Below are positions 1 to 13,088 of a stretch of 64,000 bases of DNA, in pieces (position 1 is the stretch's first letter; the number at the start of each line of letters is the position of its first letter). The stretch comes from Owenia fusiformis (lineage: Eukaryota): assembly GCA_903813345.2 (NCBI GenBank), contig CAIIXF020000001.1, forward strand, positions 17,732,001 through 17,796,000, in the 5' to 3' direction. Both the position numbers and the translations under genes were made by a program. Under the pieces are notes generated by a model. The model saw only the letters and a program-made list of their open reading frames with translations, did not search any database and was not told where the DNA came from.

Positions 1-3000
1 CCCTGTATAATTCTTTTGAATTTCTGCTTTAGTCTTGGCCATATTCTGCAACAAATTGTGAATTCCCGGGTTAGTTACCACTGTTAAGACAGATATAAAA
101 CAAGTATTAAGTGACGTTATCAAAAGCAACGTACCTTAATTGATATAAAACTCAAGTCGTATGTGATTTGGGAAAAAAAATTGGCATCATGTTTTAACAA
201 TGACCAATTAAGTTGTTTATTTAGAATATCTTTCAACCGAATCGGGATATCCTAGATCTTTGATTAAGCAGCTTTGCTTAGGCAAAAGATACAGGTGTTG
301 TACTTATGCGATTGCTGTATTATTTAGGGATTATTAGGAAGAAATCCCTATTCCTTAGACTGCAAATAAAGCATGGCGTAACATGAGATCACGTGATGAC
401 CTCCTCCACTTGAGTTAGTAGCATTTATTGCTGAGTTATCAACTTATTTCGCACTTTCCGTAACGTACCTTATTGCAACGTACATGAGGAAAACTCATTA
501 CATGTTCCAATAAAGCAATAGAACAGAGCGAACAAAGGTAATGAGCACATTGTATTGAATGTCCGCCTTGTCATATTCAAGAATTTATTTACTAATTCCA
601 TCAAGATATTACAAAATGTTGGGAAATGTTGTAACGTACCTTAAAATCCTTATCTTTTGAATTGAAAAATGACACCTTTATGACCTATAACTTTTGTTCT
701 GGATAGAATACAGTTTTTAAACTTTGCATGCATTTTGATAAATCATTTTCTGATAAAATATCACTCTGGGTTAAACATTTAAGTAATTCGTGCATTCTCT
801 AGAAATTGAAATATCTAAAGTGGTATTTTAGAAAAAAAACTGGCGACATGGGTTCCGGGCATCTGATTATTAGGTTGGAAAGGGTTAAATTACTCGAAAA
901 GTTGGTAAAATAAAGTATATACCCACAGGTATCTTTTCAGGAAGTTTGGATGTGTTCTGAAATCTATAACTACTTCAGTTATGCTTATAAAACATCACTA
1001 TGCACTCTGGCGACATAACGTACCTGAGGAATTTGTCATCAAATTAAGTTAGAAAAAATTCTCACTTACTACCTAACAATTAAAATTTGCTGTATGGTGG
1101 TTGTACAAGTGGGTATTGGTCCTAAGTAGATATTCTTAAAAAGTTTCTATATATATCTATTAACGCTTGAGAAAAAACCCTTGGCGACACGAATGTCTGC
1201 TTATATGTGGAATGACTGTATTATGGCTTGAGTAGAACATATTAGGTGGTTTCCAATGCTCAATTGGCTTTGTATGATCGTATGTAGTTTACATCTATAT
1301 ACCACAAGGTTTTTAGACTGTAGACCATGCCCTAACAACAAAAATAAACAGATTACTAAATTTTGTAATGTATGTAAATGTAATGTAATGTAAATTTTTT
1401 AAATTTAGTTTTGAATTTCAAACTCGTCAGTTTTCTCTTATTTCATGTTATCCCGGGCATCAATTTGCAAAGACTACGTTCAAAATATACATTACTGAAT
1501 GTATCACCGAATGCGACGCTTACATAAATCTTTCATTCTTTCATTGATACACAGTAGTAGAAAATAAAGCACCAACCATACTTTTCTCTTCCATCGCGGC
1601 CATTTTATTGGATAAATCAGTGAACGTAGCCGTCCAACCTCGTTTTCAGAGGTGGCGTAACCGACATGCTATAACACCGTGCTTACTGATAGTTGCGTCT
1701 CAACAAGTGGCAAACTCAGCCTTTTGTTGTGTTTACCACGTTTGCAGATCCCGACTTTGTGTTTTGGTTTTGAAACATAAGATAATATGTCACTGCAACT
1801 ATCATTCACATGCCGAGTTTCCTAGACCCATCATGCTAAGTTTGCCCGTCTAAAATAATATTTTTTTGTCAATTCACGACTATTTTGAAAAAATCCTATG
1901 TATACAGATTCAGCACTGAATATTATGAATCATCTTGTAATGAAGAAACTCTAATTTTATCATTTTAATATTTAAGAGGATACTTAACCTCGCCCAAAAA
2001 ATTGTAGATTTTGTCACCAAATTTATCATTATAGCAGGCACAGAAGCAAATATACCATATTTGTTAAATATACCATCTTTGTTAATTTTTTGGCGGCCAT
2101 TCTAGAAAATGCATAATTTCCAATTTTAAAGTTCAAGGTATCTGATTATATTCTTATTTTTCAAGACCGTCAAAACCTAATGCAATGGATTCTACAGCCA
2201 TATCTACAGCCCAATAATTGTAGGTTTTAACGTCAAATTAGAAGCTATGGAATATGATATAAATTTTTTTATACCATTTAGAAAAAGGCATATATTTTGA
2301 AGATGTTTAATTAATTTAATGACATACAATATCAGAATTTCCACTGATTTAATATTTGTGTGACAATTTAATCAAAGGTACAAGTCATATTTAGACAATA
2401 CAATATTTGAGTTCTAATATAGCATTATGTAATCATGCCATGACGAGATATCTAAGTAATAGCGAATTCCTGTTCTAGGCAGCCATTTTGAATTTTCTGA
2501 GGCATGAATCAGAAAAATAATACCATTCAGTGATATGAAATAATACAATTCCGTAAAATGCAATTAACTCACCTACTATAGCTAAAATCATTGCTAGATT
2601 CTAAAGTATAGTATTACCAAGAAATCGGGAGTTTGCATTTACAGGCCAAGTGACTGTTGACCCTACTCAACTGCTCAATCACTGAAGATATAATTTTGCC
2701 ATTTTAGGATCAATTATGTAAATAATTTCTGCATTCACTGCGGATCGCCCTGTACGTGTACATGACTCCAAAATATCATAAACAGGGTGGGTATTTATTC
2801 TTTCTTTGGATATTGGAATCCAATGCAGGCTACGTAATATACCCGTTATCCATATATGTCTTCCTTTCCTAAGCGAGGAAACTGGTTAAACTTTGTTAAT
2901 ATTAAAATAACTACTTTATCTATTTTTGATATATATGCAATCAATTTTAAAACTGGAAGGGAAACACTAACCTTATATTTGTTGACAATTATTTAAAAAA

Positions 3001-3368
3001 CTATCTACAATCCAGCAATAGCATTTAGCAATATAATATACCTGCTATCATTGATGTTTTGGGTAATAGACTTCTTCAAGGTATTAAGAATACTGAAACT
3101 ATGATTTTTTACCAGGACTGTACATGTAATTCATGTGTCATATCAAACAATGACTTGTTAAACCCATCAACATGATAGGCTGCATTTATAAACTTCGTCA
3201 CCAAATCACAATCGAACGAACGGAGATTTCACATGTATTTTAGTATTTTAGAATTGATTTGCTACAAATGTTTAAATAAAGGTTCCGCTTTTTGGACCAC
3301 CCTGTATATGTCACAATTACAGCGGATAAAAACATCAAGTCACGAGGCATTTCTTATTGCCATCAGAT

Positions 3369-6300
3369 ATGACAGACAGAGCGGATCAAAGCTTTGATTT
3401 TCGAGCTCTTTATTCACGGGTATTCTATAACACAACCAGTCACTATAGCAGTGATATTGGACAATACAGTAATAAAAGTCATGGACATCAAATTTGGGAT
3501 TACGAAGTGCTGCTTCGGGCAAACTATAACGACAGCCTGATTAGCAATGGCACAAACGAAACTGGAATCTGGGATGCTGAGATGCCAAACGTCGATGAGT
3601 TTCGGCCAATGTTCACTGCAATTTATATTATAGTATTTCTGTGCTCACTTTTTGGTAAGTAGGGAGGCTAAGGATGTGACAGACACATTTTATACACGAT
3701 TTTATACACGATTACATGCTCATGGAATAATGGGCAAGTTAGGCTAAAGAACAAAATAAATCTTAATTAATCAAGCGGTGAAGGGATGTGTATGATATAC
3801 AATCAATGCAGTCACAATGTGTCAAAGCCCTGCTCAAGGTCAAAGATTTATTTACAAGGTCAATTTAGATGCAATTCTCATCTTTGATTACCAGAAAATA
3901 CTTTAATTCATATGGTAAGATGCTTACAAAATCAATGGTCTCTGATATATATCTTGAATGGTTTGCATAGATGGTAAGTATACGGTTTTATTAATAATCT
4001 ATAATTTAAAGGGCTATAATAGCTGTTATTCTTATTCTAAGTAACCCTAAAATATTGATTTCATAATGATACGTGTCGTGAATATGAACCTTTTTCTCTG
4101 TCACTAAAGCTTGGAAGAATTGTTCACGATTCAAACAAAATAATTGCCGGTCGTTTTTGAATCAATTAAAGGTGTTCAGCATTTTTTCAATTTTGGAACT
4201 TGTTCTAAATTGATTAGGTGCGTGTAGTTTTTCAATTTTGGAAATTGTTCTAAATTGATTAAATGTGCGTGTAGTTGTTCAATTTTGAAACATGTCTAAA
4301 TTGATTAAATGTGCGTGTAGTCAATTTTGGAACTTGTACTGCTAACTAGGTGAGGATTTTCCAAACTTCGGTATTCCAGAAAATAAGATTTATGCCAAAG
4401 ACTATTAAGAGAGAATCAGAGATAGCGAGCAGGCTAAACAAAAAATTGTTTCAATTTTAGAATATTTTTGGCTCATGTCATTCCTTGTCATGTCTATTTT
4501 CTAAAAATCACAAAAGTGCATACTTTATTCAAGGAAAACAAACGATTTTTACAATAATGTATTATTTTTCTATAAGAATGGTTACCATTCTTATTATTCG
4601 GGAGAATTTAAACATTTTTCACCCATTTTTGCACTTTGAATCATTAATAACTTCACCAATTTATAACATATTGTGAATCTTTTGGGAGATATTGTATTTG
4701 ATATTGTAAGGAATAGATTGGTTGGTCAATTATACATATTACATGTAATTTTGTCACCCCCTATAGATCTGATTCTGCCTTTAATCAATGGTGATCCACT
4801 CAATTGCGCTGGTTCATTTCGTAATCACCTCGAAGGAACGATTTTTTGTCTTTAATATATGATTGTTATTCTTATGAATGGGGCAATTCAATTTAGGAAA
4901 TCAACTTTTTCTTAATATTGAGAGTACGCCATGCGCATGCGTATATGACGCTACTCCATTGCCAAAATGCCAATGTTGTCTTCCCTTCTGCTAATGATTT
5001 TATATGTCAACAAAAAAATTGGTTTAGATATTGCTAGATAACGAGAAAAAAACATCTCGTGTGTTAATGACGTAACTTTTTATCAGGGTAATAATTATAG
5101 TCATTTTATCATTCTGATTTTTGCATGATTTTGCGTCAAGACTGTTAAAATCGTTGGTTGAAACAAGCAGGGAAATAAAGCGGAGAAAAGTTGCACAAAG
5201 AAAGTAGTTTTCAGTGAAACCAACGCTTGTGTAAGACAAAAGCATACTTCTTTTAGACCTGAATTCGAGTTTACACATTTTATGCATAAAATAAAATGAA
5301 ATAAATATTGTTTTGAAATAAGGAAACTTTTAGTTGAGAATGTATTACAACATTGGCATTCAATCGAAAGCCCATGATTACAATAAGTATTGTATTCGAT
5401 GATCTAAAATCTAAACTGGCGGGGAATTCAAATATTTAAAGACTCGCAACTTTTCATTTGTCTTTTCAACAATTTCCTTAAGTAAGAAGAGTCACGGGGG
5501 TCCAACTAGGCACGTTGAAAGCCCGTTAATTTGAATTTTGGACCTACCAGATGTTTGAAAACCAATAGGATTGTGAGTTAAATACTGCACCGTATTTCTT
5601 CAAACTTGTTCCATACAAAGCAAACAAAAATGCCTTTCTATTGGTACATTTATTCTGTAATACAGAGTCCCTCCTTTAGCACTGTTTGAGTCCACAGCTA
5701 TGATAAGTTGCCTCTCACATACACCTCATATATCTAAATGAAAATTCATAATTATTATTTCTAGGGAACCTTATTGTGCTCATAGTAATCGCTCGGAACT
5801 ACAAAGCTAGGGCTGTAGCGAATCTATTCCTGGCCAACTTGGCTGTTGCCGACTTGTTCCAAAGCATTGGGTGCATCATCCCTACCCTTGTCGTGTATGT
5901 CGTAGCAAACTATTGGGTGTTTGGAGAGGTAAGAATGACAGAGATTTCGCCTCGTTTAGTCCAATGTACACCAATGTGGTGTTTTTCCATAGAGTGATTC
6001 AACGTTGCCTCGCTCAATTTGGCCTTTGTGAAATCCCTTGAGGAATCAATTGCAAATGGGCATTCCGACTCCAAAGTCTGACCGAGGCCTTCGTAATGTT
6101 ATGACGATTCAGGTATCGACATTGTACAATTTTTTGGGCCAAAACTATTTTTGAAAATTGCACTAGCAGTCACAAGTGCCACTAGCTCTAAGGTTAGCAG
6201 GTGATAATTATTCAATTTACAAAAACATAGTAAGCGTATATATGAGTACAAGTAATGGAAGTAAGGTATGAGCTTCAGACAGAACTTGAGCAAAATCTCT

Positions 6301-8008
6301 CTATGATTAAACCACGTCTACAATTTACAAGTCCGTGAAACAATCAATAAAGGTGGTGACATTTTATTTTGGAGAGACACGATACAGAACAATGATAACA
6401 AAAACACTGTCTATGGTCTCTGCAAAATGTTTACCCTCCCAGTCCAATGTTCTCGAAGCATCATTGAGCTCTTGTCTGTCTGTGTTTCAGGTGTTGTGTC
6501 GATGTCTGTCTTTCCTGCAGTTGTTTGGTCATACAAGCTCAATCAGCCTACTCACCGGCATATCAATCGAACGATACTACGTCATCGTTTACCCGATCAG
6601 AAGTCGATTTTTCAACAAACGCCGTATAAAGGTCATACTCGTTATCATCTGGATCTTATCTTGTGCCTACAGTTTACCCTGGATCTTTTTCTCCGAGTTT
6701 ACCCTCAGTCCGGATGGGAAGTCATATTGCATCTACGCACAGGGAACATACAAGCTGATCAAAATATACGATACGGTTACATTTGTAATATTTTACTGTT
6801 TACCCCTTATGGTACTTGCATTCATGTATCCATGCATGGCTAGAAAACTCTACAGCCATCCTACTCTACAAGCAGATTCGAATGGCGAAGATACTAGATC
6901 AAGTATTCTTAATACAGTTCTCCGATGCTGTGGCCGACGAATGTCTTCATCCGAGAAAAAATGGACAATTACGATGCCATGTAGACGCTCTACGGCCACA
7001 TCAACGTCCTTCAGCTCATTAGAAGCCAGGTTATCTGTAGAACAAATGGATTCGGCAATGACGATACCACGCTCGGTGACTGCATCAACAATGTGCAACA
7101 CAGCGGATTCAAGACTCCCAGAGGCCTTAGATGAATCTGGTTTACTGCCTACAGATTCCAAGTCCCAGCAACCCCAAACAGACGACAGGAGTACAATTCC
7201 CATGAAGAACAGAGTCGAAAGGAATCCGAGAAAGAATGAGAAGTCCACTTTGAGGACTGATGTTGAACAAGATACGAGTTTTTCCACTCCTAAGCTTGAC
7301 ATAGTTCACAGCAAAAGTCGGGATACAGACAGATGCACTGCGTTGGCAAGACGAGGATCATTGACACACCATAGCGATGCGATCCGACCTACTGAGCTAA
7401 ATTTTGATCGTACCTCGCAAAATACCTGTCACCACCACGAACTACCAGATACTATAGCTGTGCACCCGCCAGTCGCAACCAAAAAGTCCGTTTCAAGCCA
7501 GGATTCGAACTCCTCGTTATTAAGTAGAAAATCGATGCGAAAAGGGATGCGTGTCGGAAAGGGAATGGACACCCCTTTGTTGACTCCGCAATCTGCCCAG
7601 GCAACGCATATTCAACCGGATAATCATGCTGGGCGCAAAGGAGACTCCACGATACACGGTCGTATTTTGAAGATGAAAAGAAAGGTGATTCGTCTCCTCA
7701 TGGCGATTGTAGGTACATTTGCTATTTGTGGTTTGCCTCACTATATTCGTTTAATGTGGCAATATTGGGGGAGCCTACCCATTAACAAAAACATTATTAT
7801 TTTCTTACACTTTAGTAGGATCATACTATACCTGAATACAGCCTTGGACCCGTTGCTATATGCGTTCATGTCGGACAATTTTCGACGTCAAATGCGACAG
7901 GCGTTCATGTTCCTGAGTCGACACAATACTGGGTCGAGCGTAGGCAGTAATCGTGGAAATAACCTTGTTTTTAGACGGTGCGATTCGAGGGCCGTAGTCA
8001 GGGTGTAA
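3369..8008 (+). CDS. Class A (rhodopsin-like) neuropeptide GPCR, trissin receptor-like; 3 coding exons, about 655 aa
   Basis: Exons 3369-3654, 5765-5928 and 6491-8008 join in frame through GT-AG sites (phase 1, then phase 0). The N-terminus has several NxS/T sites. Motifs: TM1 FG|N, TM2 NLFLANLAVADL, WVFGE|VLC, TM3 ISIERY, TM5 FYCLPL, TM6 FAICGLPHYIRLMWQYWG, TM7 LDPLLYAFMSDNFR. MWQYW after TM6 matches my recollection of arthropod trissin receptors. The GPCR call is firm; the subfamily call is an inference. Confidence 0.9.
4186..4340. repeat. Tandem repeat, about 45-bp unit, about 3.5 copies
   Basis: Repeated TTCAATTTTGGAA...CTAAATTGATTA...GTGCGTGTAGT in GPCR intron 1. Confidence 0.8.
4410..4790. 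repeat. Dispersed repeat fragment (other copies at about 9750-10040, and inverted at about 43975-44070)
   Basis: Shared blocks TTCAATTTTAGAATATT...CATTCCTTGTCATGTCTATTTTCTAA and CCCCTATAGATCTGATTCTGCCTTTAAT. Confidence 0.7.
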
Positions 8009-8320
8009 AAATACAACGGCCAGCTGATTTCTTAACAAGAAAACAATCAAAATCACCAGACAAAGAGCGGAGAAATCATTTTAAACGATGGCATAAAGAA
8101 TTAATTTCCTACAAAATTTCTCTGGTATACCATGTTTCGTTTGCCACCGAATCATCAATCACTTAGGACTTTATATTATATCTGTTCGTATTTATCTGAC
8201 GTAAAAATGATATGAAGAATTCTCCAACGTTTTTCCATACTCACATAAGAAGCCATCTAAATAATATCCAGTAGACATGCCATGTACCCATTAAATGTAC
8301 ATGCGATCTTATTTTGCACA

Positions 8321-9000
8321 AAGGAGTGATATCGATATGGAGAACTGAATTCAACAATGTTTTTCTCTTAAACCAATTATTGAAAACATTCTGTAAAAAC
8401 ACGGTCCTTTATGTAATGTTGACTGATTGACAACAATTTAACATTTTTGTTTTTTAGTGCAATTGTTTTTTGTTCCTTTTTACCATTTCTTGAGAATGAA
8501 ATAAAATATCTTTCCGAAGCCTGTTTGAACAAAATAGCATATACAACATTTTCTTAGACTTCCTAATATTATAGTTGTACAAAGGAAATTTTGGTTGATT
8601 TAACAAAAAGTATTCAAAAAATTAAAAACAAAAACCCCCGAAATAGATAAAAACTAAGATAAACCTTTAATTTCATTAACAAGATACTTTTTTTAAATCA
8701 ACCAAACTTTCCTTTGTACAATTACAATATTGAGAGACCTAAACATGTTGTGTCGTTTTGTTCCAGTGAGGTTCGGATAGATGTTTCATTTCATTCCGAA
8801 CATATGATACCAAGAACGAAAGAAGTGTCTGGTGTGTTTTCTTTAACAATATAGAGAAAAGTATATCTCTTTCAAATTATATGTTTACCATTCAAAAGAT
8901 GACCATTAAATTGACAATGTGTAAAATTTTCAGAATATTTTGATGGCTGGTTTAAGAGACACGTGTGTTCAAAAAGTTCGCCATATCGATACCCATCCTT
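8321..9000. mobile_element. Degenerate foldback (whole-element palindromic) MITE, probably in the GPCR 3' UTR
   Basis: TATCGATATGG near 8330 pairs with CCATATCGATA at 8981. Inner arms TTGTACAAAGGAAATTTTGGTTGATTTAA (8576) pair with TTAAATCAACCAAACTTTCCTTTGTACAA (8693-8721). Confidence 0.65.
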
Positions 9001-11255
9001 CAGTTGAAAAGTCGGTTATTTTCCTAGTCTAGCTACAAACCCTTGTGACACAAGTTGTTAGAGTAGATAGTCCAGGGTCTTGAGGCAAGATTATTATTTT
9101 CCAATCTCTGTGTCTTCTACTTCCATACAAGGAGATCAAATAACAATGATATGCTTGAGGGAACCGTGAAGGATTAATTCCAAGGTGTGCCTTGGATTAC
9201 ATTGGTGTATTCAAGTTTCAACACGCTACAATTATGTGGATGAGAGTACGTCAAATGTGATCAACCAATGTAATTATAATTATATTCAATCAATATATTT
9301 ACCTTTTAAATATAATGAAGTAACGGCTTGTTTGTGCAAATAAGATGTTGTTTGTGTAAACAGGATGTGCTATGAATGCAGCCTGTAGTTAGAATATATT
9401 GGAATTATAATAAAGATGTAGAAAGTAGAGAAACACATTATAATGCTCCGTTAATCATGAATAGTAGTATGTAGTTGAATTTTGGCACACCCTGTATCCA
9501 TACATAATTGTGAGAACAGTTTTAGATGTAAATATCGTAAGCTTTTTATATTTACATAATAAAGTAATATAAGTTACAATCACAGTGTGCAAGAACGGTT
9601 CATTTGTTTTATTGGACGGAGTAAAACATTCATAGCCGGATGTATTACCGACTTCATCCGCTATATTCTATTTATCAAATGCTTAATGACAGAATCAGAT
9701 CTAGCAAGTATATCCATCATTATCTTCTTCATGATCTTGACGCAAAAAATTCAATTTTAGAATATTCTAGGGTCATATCATTCCTTGTCATGTCTATTTT
9801 CTAAGAATGCCCAAAGTGTAAACTTTATTTGGGGAAAACTAAGATTTTTACAATAATGCGTGTTTATAAATATGGTTCATTTATATAATTTGGGAGAATT
9901 TAAACAAACAAATTCCCCCCATTTTTGTACTTTGAATCCTAAATAATAAATGACTCCCAACAATTGAAAACATATCACAGACCTTTCATTGATGGATCAA
10001 TTAAATATATCGCTTGTAATTGTGTCACCCCCCCCCCCTATAGATCTGATTCTGCCTTTAATATAAGATGGATGAACAAAACTGGTTGGTAAAATCAATA
10101 TTTCAAAAATTGCATATATGTAGGTATCCTGCATCCATCCTGTATTTGTATTCTTATAACTGTATTTCTACAGAAAAATGGAAGTTGGACGGATTTGTAC
10201 ACCATTACCAGTTTATATTCCATGTAAACCCATCTATAGAAACCATTCCGATGAACACCCTTTATATACAGAGTGGGCCAAAAACATCCAAATTTCCATT
10301 TTGCTTTAAGATGCCAATCTAGATGTATTACTTGAGGCCTAACTCAGATCACAATCATCGTTTCATCAAATATTAACCTGTACCTTTAATTTCATTCAAA
10401 ACACTGCCCTGGTGTCTTTTAAAAATTCTTATATCATGAGCTTTCAAGAAAAGGGTATGCAACTTCCAAGATTCCGTATTATCAGCATTGCCTCGAGTTT
10501 TCAAAATTGCAAAATTGGAGGAAAATGCTTTAGGATTATGTGCATGCATGTTGATAATGTGATACAAAATGGAATTCATCAAAATTATGCAAAATGCTAT
10601 TGAATGTTTGTATTCTCACACAAATTTTTTTAAACTGAATTTTAACTTATTTTCTGCTTTAGTTATATTCTAAATCAATTTTTTCTTCAAGGCAGTACGA
10701 ATATTTGATACATTTATCCATAGACGAATAGGAAAATCCTCCAAAGCCTTAAAATATGGGAGTTTAATATTTTACTGACCCCCAAAATATTGGTACCATC
10801 GGAAAGCTCTGATATCATGCATTGCAGTATCCATGAAAAATATGATAAATTATAAAGGGAAGCATGGCAATGCTCATTTTAAAGTTTTCATGTTTGTAAC
10901 ACAGAGTAGCATACCCTTCTATTGAGGCATATTATATGGCTATAGATATATGACGCGCTATTGCCGCCAGAACCACGCAAACGATCGCGAATGTTTTTTT
11001 TTAATTCCAGAGATTGATTTTAAACTGTGTGATATAGAATATGGAAATGCCCCGGACATGTTATCTGTCGAGCGTATGTATTACTTGTCGCCTAACCAAT
11101 CATTCAATAAGGAAGCTGCCCATTAATACGCCGATTAAGGAAAAGTTCTCTCGTGGCAAACCAAAAATTGAAAGCCATCGTAACATCTGAATAAGAGATT
11201 CCAACATATCATTGCATGGTTCTCCATCGATTACGCTACAAAATGTCGGAACGTC

Positions 11256-11487
11256 AGTAGTTACAGAAACGAGAGTTCTGACGCACCTTTAACATTGAGT
11301 CCTATGGGGAGGGACACGATTTTTCATAGTACCCTCCCTAACATGGGCTCCAATGGGGAGGGACATCTGTGAGCCTCCCTGAGCTCGGGAGGCACATACG
11401 GGGACCCCACCCCTCCCCCCTCGGCGTGGTGGCGTGTACATATTTCGGGAATCTCGGGCCCTAAGGTAACGGACGCCCTACCCCACG
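11256..11487 (+). repeat. Left TIR (232 bp) of the mini-Maverick
   Basis: Reverse complement of 15396-15628 apart from CTAAG-GTAAC versus CTAAGAGTAAC. GC-rich, with ATGGGGAGGGACA twice and a hairpin GCCTCCC-TGAGCTC-GGGAGGC. Confidence 0.97.
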
Positions 11488-11931
11488 TTTGTACGTTTAC
11501 TGTAAGGATACTATTCGAATTCCCGCCAAAAACAATAAATCGATAAACCAGTACGCGTCGTAAATGTCACTGCCTTATTTATAAAGTGCGGCCCAGGCGG
11601 ATTATCGATTACCTATCAACCAGGCGTTTCGTACTCGCGAGGTCTTATCGTTTTAAGGTCATCCAGCTGTCAGTTTACGAAACAAATTACTCTGGACTGT
11701 ACTTTAAAGTGCGGACCTAGCTCGATTATCGATTATCAATCAACCATCCATCAACTTTAATTAGTGTAACGTCCTTCATCGATTTAAGATCATACCGTTT
11801 AATGGATGTTACATTTGGTTGGGATAAATATTTATTTGCTAATTCGTCAACACACTTCTTTTCAAAATACATCAACTATAATACATATTTACATTATAAC
11901 ATTCAAAATTCTTCATTGAATCATACACAAA

Positions 11932-13029
11932 TTACAAAGGTATTAAATCGGAATCTTTAACCCACGAATCAAACTTTTTTGGCCAATATTGCCAACGCAC
12001 TAAATGTTCCCGTTGCCCTCGTCTAGTTCGTGTTTTCAAGATTTTTTCTACTTTCCAAATATCATCTTCATTCGCTTGTACTCTTTGAAGCTCCGATTGG
12101 TAAAAAGTACCCTTAATGTCTTCATTTTGAAAATCATTTAAACGATATAATGGGAGGCCCTGCCTAATAAAACGTTTCGTTACTTTAAAAATTTCCCCTG
12201 TCCAATGTTGGTCGTATTCTCTACTAAAAACATGTCTCGACTGGGTAATTCTTACCAGAGCTCCAATGGGGAATTTAAAGATGTGATTAGATTTGGTTTT
12301 AACGATAGTTGATTTAGGATAATACATCCGCCACCAAATAACCAATTCATCGTCTTTAGATACATTTTTAGGAGCCATTTTTATACCCCTATGCCAAGTG
12401 GCGTTATAACTCTTCACAAAGTTTTGTAAATTGTCTATAAATCTATGGTTCTGTTTGTACGTGATATACCTCATTATTTTAGTCTTTAACGTCTTTATCA
12501 ATCTTTCTGCATAGTTGGCCTTGGGGGTATTACCCGTAACAAAATGGCGGACTCCCCATCTATTCAACAATGTTTGTACAACCTTAGCGCAGAATTCTTG
12601 ACCTTTGTCCGTCCTAGTGACATCTGGTTGTCGACCTTCTTTCAATATATCATCGAAAGCCTCCGCCACTGCCTTTCCAGTTTTGGAGTGTAGCGGTCTA
12701 ACCCAGGCAAAGCGAGACATAATGTCAATCGCAACCAGGATATACTTTATCCCGTCATTCTGCGATGATATATTAGAGACATCCATAAGATCTGCATCCC
12801 ATTGTTCGTCAATATGCGAGACATATACTTTGTTACGAGCGAATCGTTTCTTATAAGGTCTCTGTAGGCCATAAGCTTCTTGATTGTCCAGCCATTTCTT
12901 TATCTGATAACGGGACAGCTGGTATTTCCCATCATTTAGTACAGCTCTATAGAGTTTGTCTGGTCCAGCAAAGGCTCCAGAATTTCGACTGTCAAAGTAT
13001 AATTTCTTTAAATAGTCTTGATATGCCAT
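11932..13029 (-). CDS. Maverick/Polinton retroviral-like (rve, DDE) integrase with C-terminal chromodomain, 365 aa
   Basis: Uninterrupted ORF with catalytic motifs QWDADLMD, RTDKGQEF and KANYAERLIKTLK, plus YNATWHRGIKMAP and WTGEIFKV. Chromodomain: WKVEKILKTR...HLVRWQYWPKKFDSWV. AATAAA lies on the minus strand at 11831-11836. Confidence 0.95.
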   Translation of the reverse strand: MAYQDYLKKLYFDSRNSGAFAGPDKLYRAVLNDGKYQLSRYQIKKWLDNQEAYGLQRPYKKRFARNKVYVSHIDEQWDADLMDVSNISSQNDGIKYILVAIDIMSRFAWVRPLHSKTGKAVAEAFDDILKEGRQPDVTRTDKGQEFCAKVVQTLLNRWGVRHFVTGNTPKANYAERLIKTLKTKIMRYITYKQNHRFIDNLQNFVKSYNATWHRGIKMAPKNVSKDDELVIWWRMYYPKSTIVKTKSNHIFKFPIGALVRITQSRHVFSREYDQHWTGEIFKVTKRFIRQGLPLYRLNDFQNEDIKGTFYQSELQRVQANEDDIWKVEKILKTRTRRGQREHLVRWQYWPKKFDSWVKDSDLIPL

Positions 13030-13088
13030 CTTACACTGTCGGAATCTGACTCCTTAATGACGATCTCTCTTTAAATTGCTAATATTTA

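Noticed and set aside
6335-6490. N-terminal 52 codons of the 557-aa ORF
   Set aside because: This is open intronic sequence. The acceptor TGTGTTTCAG at 6490 joins TM3 to the upstream TM1-TM2 exons.
11932-13029. Integrase as part of an LTR retrotransposon or Ginger element
   Set aside because: There is no gag, RT, RNase H or LTR. Inverted termini with AGTAGT, a 6-bp TSD and an adjacent A32-like ATPase indicate the Maverick lineage.
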